Assembly (NCBI GenBank): GCA_965658225.1
Contig: CBFHRK010000001.1
Location: forward strand, 2,335 to 66,334
Source of the DNA: Flavobacteriales bacterium
Lineage (GTDB): Bacteria; Bacteroidota; Bacteroidia; Flavobacteriales; ECT2AJA-044
DNA length: 64,000 bases
Direction of reading: 5' to 3'
Part shown: positions 59,049-64,000 of the stretch, in pieces
Layout: every line of letters begins with the position of its first letter
Position numbering within the stretch: the first letter of the stretch is position 1
Position numbers and translations under genes: made by a program
Notes under the pieces: model-generated
Databases searched by the model: none
Seen by the model: the letters and a program-made list of their open reading frames with translations, nothing else
What the model was told of the DNA's origin: nothing

Positions 59049-60152
59049 CTATAAATAGTTGATGGGATTTGTATTCACTTCCGACAAAAGGACTGCAAAT
59101 TTAGCAAATTTTTGCATAAGCAACTCTTTTATAAGCACTTTAGTAAACTGCTCACTTTCATAATGGCCTATGTCAGCAATCATTAGATCGTCTTCAGCAT
59201 CAAAGAATTGATGGTATTTGTAATCTCCGGTTATGAAAACATCTGCCTTAGCGCCTTTTGCCGCTGGTAAAAGGAAGCTCCCCGCTCCCCCGCAAATGGC
59301 AATGCGCTGCACTTTTTCTTTTGTCGGACGTGTGTGACGAATCAAGGGGGTTTTCATTTTATCTTTTAGGTCACGTAAAAACGCTATTGCATCTGTCGGG
59401 TTTTCTAAATCACCTATCATACCTGCACCCACTTCTCTAAGTGCGTTTCTCAGTGGATAAAGGTCGTAGGCTACTTCTTCGTACGGGTGACTATTTACCA
59501 AAGCCTGTACTACCTTTCCTTCGTGCCTTCTCGGCACGATTAACTCGAGCCGCGTTTCCTCTTCTTTATGAAGCTTCCCTTTCTCGCCCACAAATGGCTG
59601 GGTGTCTTCACCTGCTTTAAAGGTTCCTTCCCCTTTTGTACTGAAGCTACAGTCGGAATAGTCGCCGATTGAGCCAGCCCCCACTTCAAACAAGGATAAG
59701 CGTACAGCTTCAAGATGGGCATTGGGCACAAAAGTTACCAGTTTACTAAGCAATTCTTTCTTAGGGGCAAGAATTTCAACATTTTGTAATCCTAAACGCC
59801 GCGCAATTTCCGCATTCACTCCAGGCAACACATTGTCCAAGTTTGTGTGAATGGCATAAATCCCGATATCGTTTTTAATAGCCAACATCACCGTTCTTTG
59901 TACATAGTCGGTACCGTTAAACTTTTTGAGTCCTTCAAACACAATGGGGTGATGCGCAATAATGAGCTCACATTTCTTGTTAATGGCCTCTTGAACCACC
60001 TCTTCTGTACAGTCCAAGGAAACCAAAACCTTGCTTACTTCTGCGTCTTTTTGGCCCACAATAAGCCCGCTGTTATCGTAACCCTCTTGATATTCGAGTG
60101 GCGCTATCGACTCTAAATACGATGTTATTTCACCTATTCGCATTACTTTCAA
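59049..60152 (-). CDS. Nif3-like dinuclear metal centre protein (DUF34)
   Basis: YDNSGLIVG, IIAHHP, YAIHTNLD, HPYEEVAYD and IGHYESE. Start may be 60143. Confidence 0.96.
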   Translation of the reverse strand: MKVMRIGEITSYLESIAPLEYQEGYDNSGLIVGQKDAEVSKVLVSLDCTEEVVQEAINKKCELIIAHHPIVFEGLKKFNGTDYVQRTVMLAIKNDIGIYAIHTNLDNVLPGVNAEIARRLGLQNVEILAPKKELLSKLVTFVPNAHLEAVRLSLFEVGAGSIGDYSDCSFSTKGEGTFKAGEDTQPFVGEKGKLHKEEETRLELIVPRRHEGKVVQALVNSHPYEEVAYDLYPLRNALREVGAGMIGDLENPTDAIAFLRDLKDKMKTPLIRHTRPTKEKVQRIAICGGAGSFLLPAAKGAKADVFITGDYKYHQFFDAEDDLMIADIGHYESEQFTKVLIKELLMQKFAKFAVLLSEVNTNPINYL

Positions 60153-60187
60153 TTTGCCTCTAAAGTATAAATCTTACGTTTGTATCC

Positions 60188-61231
60188 ATGCTTAAAAGCC
60201 TTTCAAAGATTTATGGTTTTTTCGTTCGTAAACGGAATCGCGAATTCGATTCGGGAAAGCGACCCGGCGTTGCTTTTGAGTTACCCATCATATCGGTGGG
60301 TAATTTGAATACGGGCGGAACAGGTAAAACGCCGCATGTAGAATACCTTATTGAGCTTCTGAGTCCTCATTTTTCAGTGGCCATTTTAAGCAGAGGATAC
60401 CGTCGAAAAACAAAAGGTTTTCGATTGGGAAGTAACATCGATTCCGCAGATACTCTAGGCGACGAACCCTTCCAATACCTTCGAAAATTCGGTACAAATT
60501 CAACCGTAAAAGAGACGACTGGAAAGCATGTTTCTGTGGCCGTTTCTGAAAGTCGGGTAATTGGTGTTTCTGAATTAATTGCTCGGTGTAATCCGGAAGT
60601 CATTTTACTGGACGATGCTTTTCAACACCGAAAAATAAAACCCGGCTTCCAAATAGTACTGACCACCTTTCAAGAGCCCTACACGCGCGACTCCCTGATT
60701 CCTGCGGGTCGCCTGCGAGAGTCAATTGACGGAGCAGACCGAGCCGATGCGGTGGTGGTTACAAAATGCCCGACGGAATCAACTGATGAAGAACTAATCG
60801 AACTCGGAATGGAGTTACAGTTAAAAGACCATCAAGAGCTGTTCTTCAGTTCTTTTCAATACGGCTCCATCCGCCCGGAGGGCGAAATAATTATCGAATC
60901 TCCCAAACGCGCCTATGCACTTTGTGGAATAGCCAAGCCCGATCCGTTTCTGCAAGAAATCAAGAAACACTTTGAGTTAAAAGGAATTCAAATACATCGC
61001 GATCACCATCGGTTTACGAAAAAAGATATTCAGCGCCTACGGCGCGATGCTACCCCTTTCCTAAACGGAGAAACCATAATTTTAACAACTGAAAAAGATT
61101 TCATGCGTCTACTTCCACTAAAAGATTTATGGCGCGATTTACCCATTTACACTTGGCCCATCAAGCCAGTATTAAAAGCTCACGAGCAATTTGACTCAAT
61201 GATACTCGACTATGTTAGAAAAAGTAAATAA
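60188..61231 (+). CDS. lpxK: Tetraacyldisaccharide 4'-kinase
   Basis: SVGNLNTGGTGKTP, LSRGY, DDAFQH, PAGRLRE and TTEKD. Confidence 0.97.
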   Translation: MLKSLSKIYGFFVRKRNREFDSGKRPGVAFELPIISVGNLNTGGTGKTPHVEYLIELLSPHFSVAILSRGYRRKTKGFRLGSNIDSADTLGDEPFQYLRKFGTNSTVKETTGKHVSVAVSESRVIGVSELIARCNPEVILLDDAFQHRKIKPGFQIVLTTFQEPYTRDSLIPAGRLRESIDGADRADAVVVTKCPTESTDEELIELGMELQLKDHQELFFSSFQYGSIRPEGEIIIESPKRAYALCGIAKPDPFLQEIKKHFELKGIQIHRDHHRFTKKDIQRLRRDATPFLNGETIILTTEKDFMRLLPLKDLWRDLPIYTWPIKPVLKAHEQFDSMILDYVRKSK

Positions 61232-62027
61232 GGCCGTATCCTATTTAAAAGAACAACTGCCCGGAACACCGGAATGCGGAATTATTTTAGGCACCGGATT
61301 GGCTGGGTTGGCCGAAAAAATCGAAAACCCTCAGTACATCCCCTATTCAGAAATTCCCTATTTCCCTAAATCGACCGTCCAAGGGCATCCCGGACGAATG
61401 ATCTACGGAGAACTCGGAGGTAAGAAAGTGCTGGCCATGCAAGGGCGTATCCACTATTATGAAGGGTACGACATGAAAGAAGTTACCTTCCCAGTGCGCG
61501 TATTGAGCCTCATAGGCATTGAACTGCTGATTCTATCCAACGCTTCGGGTGGAGTAAATCCGGATTTCGAGATCGGAGACATTATGCTCATCAGCGACCA
61601 CATTAACCTACAACCCGAAAACCCACTAAGAGGGGTAAACGTCGATGAATGGGGACCCAGATTCCCCGACATGAGCGAGGCCTACGATGAAACAAATAGG
61701 GCAGCTATGCGCCAAATCGCTAAGAGTGAAGGCGTTCTCCTTCGTGAAGGTATCTACGCATCTGTTCCAGGACCCAATTTTGAAACTCCGGCCGAATATG
61801 CTTATATCCGTAGAATTGGCGCCGACGCTGTGGGGATGAGTACGGTACCAGAAGTAATTGTTGCGCGTCACATGAACCTCAAGTGCCTTGCCCTTTCCGT
61901 AATCACGGATTTAGGCGTTGAAGGGAGTATTGTAGAGATCACCCATGAAGAAGTTCAAGAGGTAGCGCAGAAAAGTGAAAAGGTACTGACAAAGTTGGTC
62001 GAACGTTTTTTAGAGGATCGCGGTTAG
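61212..62027 (+). CDS. punA: Purine-nucleoside phosphorylase (trimeric type)
   Basis: ILGTGL, STVQGHPG, QGRIHYYEG, GPNFETPAE and VGMSTVPE. Confidence 0.96.
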   Translation: MLEKVNKAVSYLKEQLPGTPECGIILGTGLAGLAEKIENPQYIPYSEIPYFPKSTVQGHPGRMIYGELGGKKVLAMQGRIHYYEGYDMKEVTFPVRVLSLIGIELLILSNASGGVNPDFEIGDIMLISDHINLQPENPLRGVNVDEWGPRFPDMSEAYDETNRAAMRQIAKSEGVLLREGIYASVPGPNFETPAEYAYIRRIGADAVGMSTVPEVIVARHMNLKCLALSVITDLGVEGSIVEITHEEVQEVAQKSEKVLTKLVERFLEDRG

Positions 62028-62059
62028 ACTCGTATCTTTGCAGACTTAAAGAAAGAAAT

Positions 62060-63514
62060 TTGGAAATTCCTTACGATAAATACGAGCCCGTTATTGGACT
62101 AGAAGTGCATATTCAACTTCTTACAAAATCCAAGGCTTATTCTCCGGACGCTACCGAATATGGAAATGCGCCTAATTCAAATGTGCACCCTACTTCATTA
62201 GGACACCCCGGAACCTTGCCGATTGCAAATACGCGTACGGTAGAATTTGCGGTTCGACTCGGACTAGCGGTTGGCGCCGACATTCGAGAAGTAAATGAGT
62301 ACGCTCGAAAGAATTACTTCTACGCCGATTTACCTAAAGGCTATCAAATTACTCAAGACGACACTCCGATTTGTACGGGCGGTTCCGTGCGAATAAAAGA
62401 CAAAGACGGTAATCCGAAAACGATTAACCTGACACGAATCCATATGGAAGAGGATTCGGGAAAATCGATCCACGATATTGATCCGTTTAACACGCTTATT
62501 GATTTAAATAGAGCTGGAGTTCCTTTGCTCGAAATTGTTTCTGAACCGGAAATTGCGAATGCCCAAGAAGCCTACAACTACCTCTTAGAAATTAGAAAGC
62601 TCGTTCGCTATTTAGAAATATGTGATGGCAATATGGAGGAGGGCTCTCTTCGTTGCGACGCGAATATATCGGTCCGCCCGAAGGGCGAAACCAAGCTAGG
62701 CACACGAAATGAGGTGAAGAACATCAATTCGATGAGGAATGTGATGCGGGCGATTGAAAGCGAGATCAAGCGCCAGATCGAGGTAATAGAAGGCGGGGGT
62801 GTTATTGACCAAGAAACCCGTGGATTTGATGCAGTTACAGGTGGAACCACTATTTTGAGATCCAAAGAAGACGCGCACGACTACCGTTATTTCACGGAGC
62901 CGGATTTAGCACCCGTATTAGTTAAACAGGAATATGTTGACCAAGTAAAAAGTGAACTCCCTCCGCTTCCCGACGAGCTTTTTGATCGATACACAAACAG
63001 TTTTGGCTTATCGGATTACGACGCTCAAATCTTGACAGACAGCAAAGAAATTGCCTTGTATTTTGAAGAGATGACGCGCCATACCAAAAACCATAAGGCT
63101 GCGGCCAACTGGATGATGGGATCGATTAAGTCTTATTTGAACGACCAGGCCATTGAAATAACCGACTTCCCTATCTCACCGAAGGCGATTACCGAAATTA
63201 TTGAACTAATAGACAGCGGAGTAATTAGCAATAGCCAAGCGGCACAAAAACTTTTCCCGGCATTATTAGAGCAGCCTTCCGCCTCACCCAAGGCTTTGGC
63301 TGAGGCTAACGGCTGGATCCAAGAAAGTGACGACGACGCCCTTATCGCTTGGGCGGCAGAAGCCATCGCCATGTACCCAGACAAAGTTGAAGAGTACAAG
63401 AATGGAAAGAAAGGATTGATTGGACTCTTTATGGGAGAAGTGATGAAGATGTCGCGCGGAAAGGCCGATCCAAAAAAAGCAAGCAGCATAATTAGAGAAC
63501 AATTAGAATCATGA
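62060..63514 (+). CDS. gatB: Asp/Glu-tRNA amidotransferase subunit B
   Basis: IGLEVHIQL, RKNYFYADLPKGYQITQ, HMEEDSGKS, LRCDANIS and YRYFTEPDL. Has a TTG start. Confidence 0.98.
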   Translation: MEIPYDKYEPVIGLEVHIQLLTKSKAYSPDATEYGNAPNSNVHPTSLGHPGTLPIANTRTVEFAVRLGLAVGADIREVNEYARKNYFYADLPKGYQITQDDTPICTGGSVRIKDKDGNPKTINLTRIHMEEDSGKSIHDIDPFNTLIDLNRAGVPLLEIVSEPEIANAQEAYNYLLEIRKLVRYLEICDGNMEEGSLRCDANISVRPKGETKLGTRNEVKNINSMRNVMRAIESEIKRQIEVIEGGGVIDQETRGFDAVTGGTTILRSKEDAHDYRYFTEPDLAPVLVKQEYVDQVKSELPPLPDELFDRYTNSFGLSDYDAQILTDSKEIALYFEEMTRHTKNHKAAANWMMGSIKSYLNDQAIEITDFPISPKAITEIIELIDSGVISNSQAAQKLFPALLEQPSASPKALAEANGWIQESDDDALIAWAAEAIAMYPDKVEEYKNGKKGLIGLFMGEVMKMSRGKADPKKASSIIREQLES

Positions 63515-64000
63515 CAAAATATTTTTTGACCTTCATTGCCACCGCCGGAATTTTCTGGTCGTGCTCGAGTAATCCGGAAAGCACCGCTCTACCTCAAGAG
63601 TCGATGACAACCATCAGCGGCACCCTGGATGGAGCCGGGAAAATTGTTCTTGGTCAGTTGAATCCGAATCAAATCGATAATATCGATACCGTATTCGCCA
63701 ATGAAGGCGCTTTTAAGTTTGATGTTGCAACGGAAACAACCTCGTTTTACACCCTTCTATTCGAAAATGGCATGCAAATGTTGCTTGCCGCCGAACCCGG
63801 AGAGCATATTGAACTGAACGGTGTTGTATCCAACGGAAGCATAGAATATACAGTTACCGGATCAGAGAAAAGCGAAGTGCTGCGACAAATCAATATGAAG
63901 GCTATTGAGAGTTCAAGCCGCATTCAAGCGTTGAACACGGAACTACAGAGCTACCAGGGACAGCCCGATTTTAACCAAAAACGCGAGGTTCTTGTTGAAA
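63511..64000 (+). CDS. Lipoprotein, probably DUF4369/TlpA-like thioredoxin family; 3'-truncated by the window (absent from the ORF track)
   Basis: The ATG at 63511 overlaps the gatB stop. MTKYFLTFIATAGIFWSC lipobox, and the frame is open to the window end. The family call is inferred because the thioredoxin domain is not visible. Confidence 0.65.
   Translation, partial: MTKYFLTFIATAGIFWSCSSNPESTALPQESMTTISGTLDGAGKIVLGQLNPNQIDNIDTVFANEGAFKFDVATETTSFYTLLFENGMQMLLAAEPGEHIELNGVVSNGSIEYTVTGSEKSEVLRQINMKAIESSSRIQALNTELQSYQGQPDFNQKREVLVE

Noticed and set aside
136-63502. The many 60-170 aa ORFs in the track that overlap or lie antisense to long genes (e.g. 4948-5424, 39566-40084, 53022-53483)
   Set aside because: They are shadow frames of well-supported genes and carry no recognisable motifs.

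Overview
This is a gene-dense 64 kb chromosomal segment from a Bacteroidota bacterium, most likely Flavobacteriales. The assignment rests on gldF/gldG, T9SS C-terminal sorting domains, TAnnTTTG -7 promoter elements and a type B L31. Most genes are housekeeping: lon, serC/serA, purC, phoH, dnaN, pgm, mltG, dapF, degP, gap, upp, wecB, radC, rpsT, tRNA-Glu, proS, lpxK, PNP and gatB. Accessory content includes (i) the tail of a sulfite-oxidase/cytochrome c/rhodanese-lipoprotein/sterol-desaturase cluster, (ii) three tandem T9SS-secreted PKD paralogs, (iii) a 7-heme cytochrome c-TPR gene and (iv) an ergothioneine egtB-bestrophin-egtD operon. That operon is headed by a chimeric ORF that fuses half a sensor kinase to the tail of a thioredoxin reductase. 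Features the gene list does not explain are a dispersed family of short GC-rich hairpins with G(N1-2)A loops and a fixed WTC 5' flank, found both inside genes and between them, a 47-bp tandem repeat, and two decayed gene remnants between dapF and degP. I found no rRNA, CRISPR array, transposase or prophage. All motif counts come from manual reading and may be incomplete, and family assignments come from recognised motifs, not database searches.
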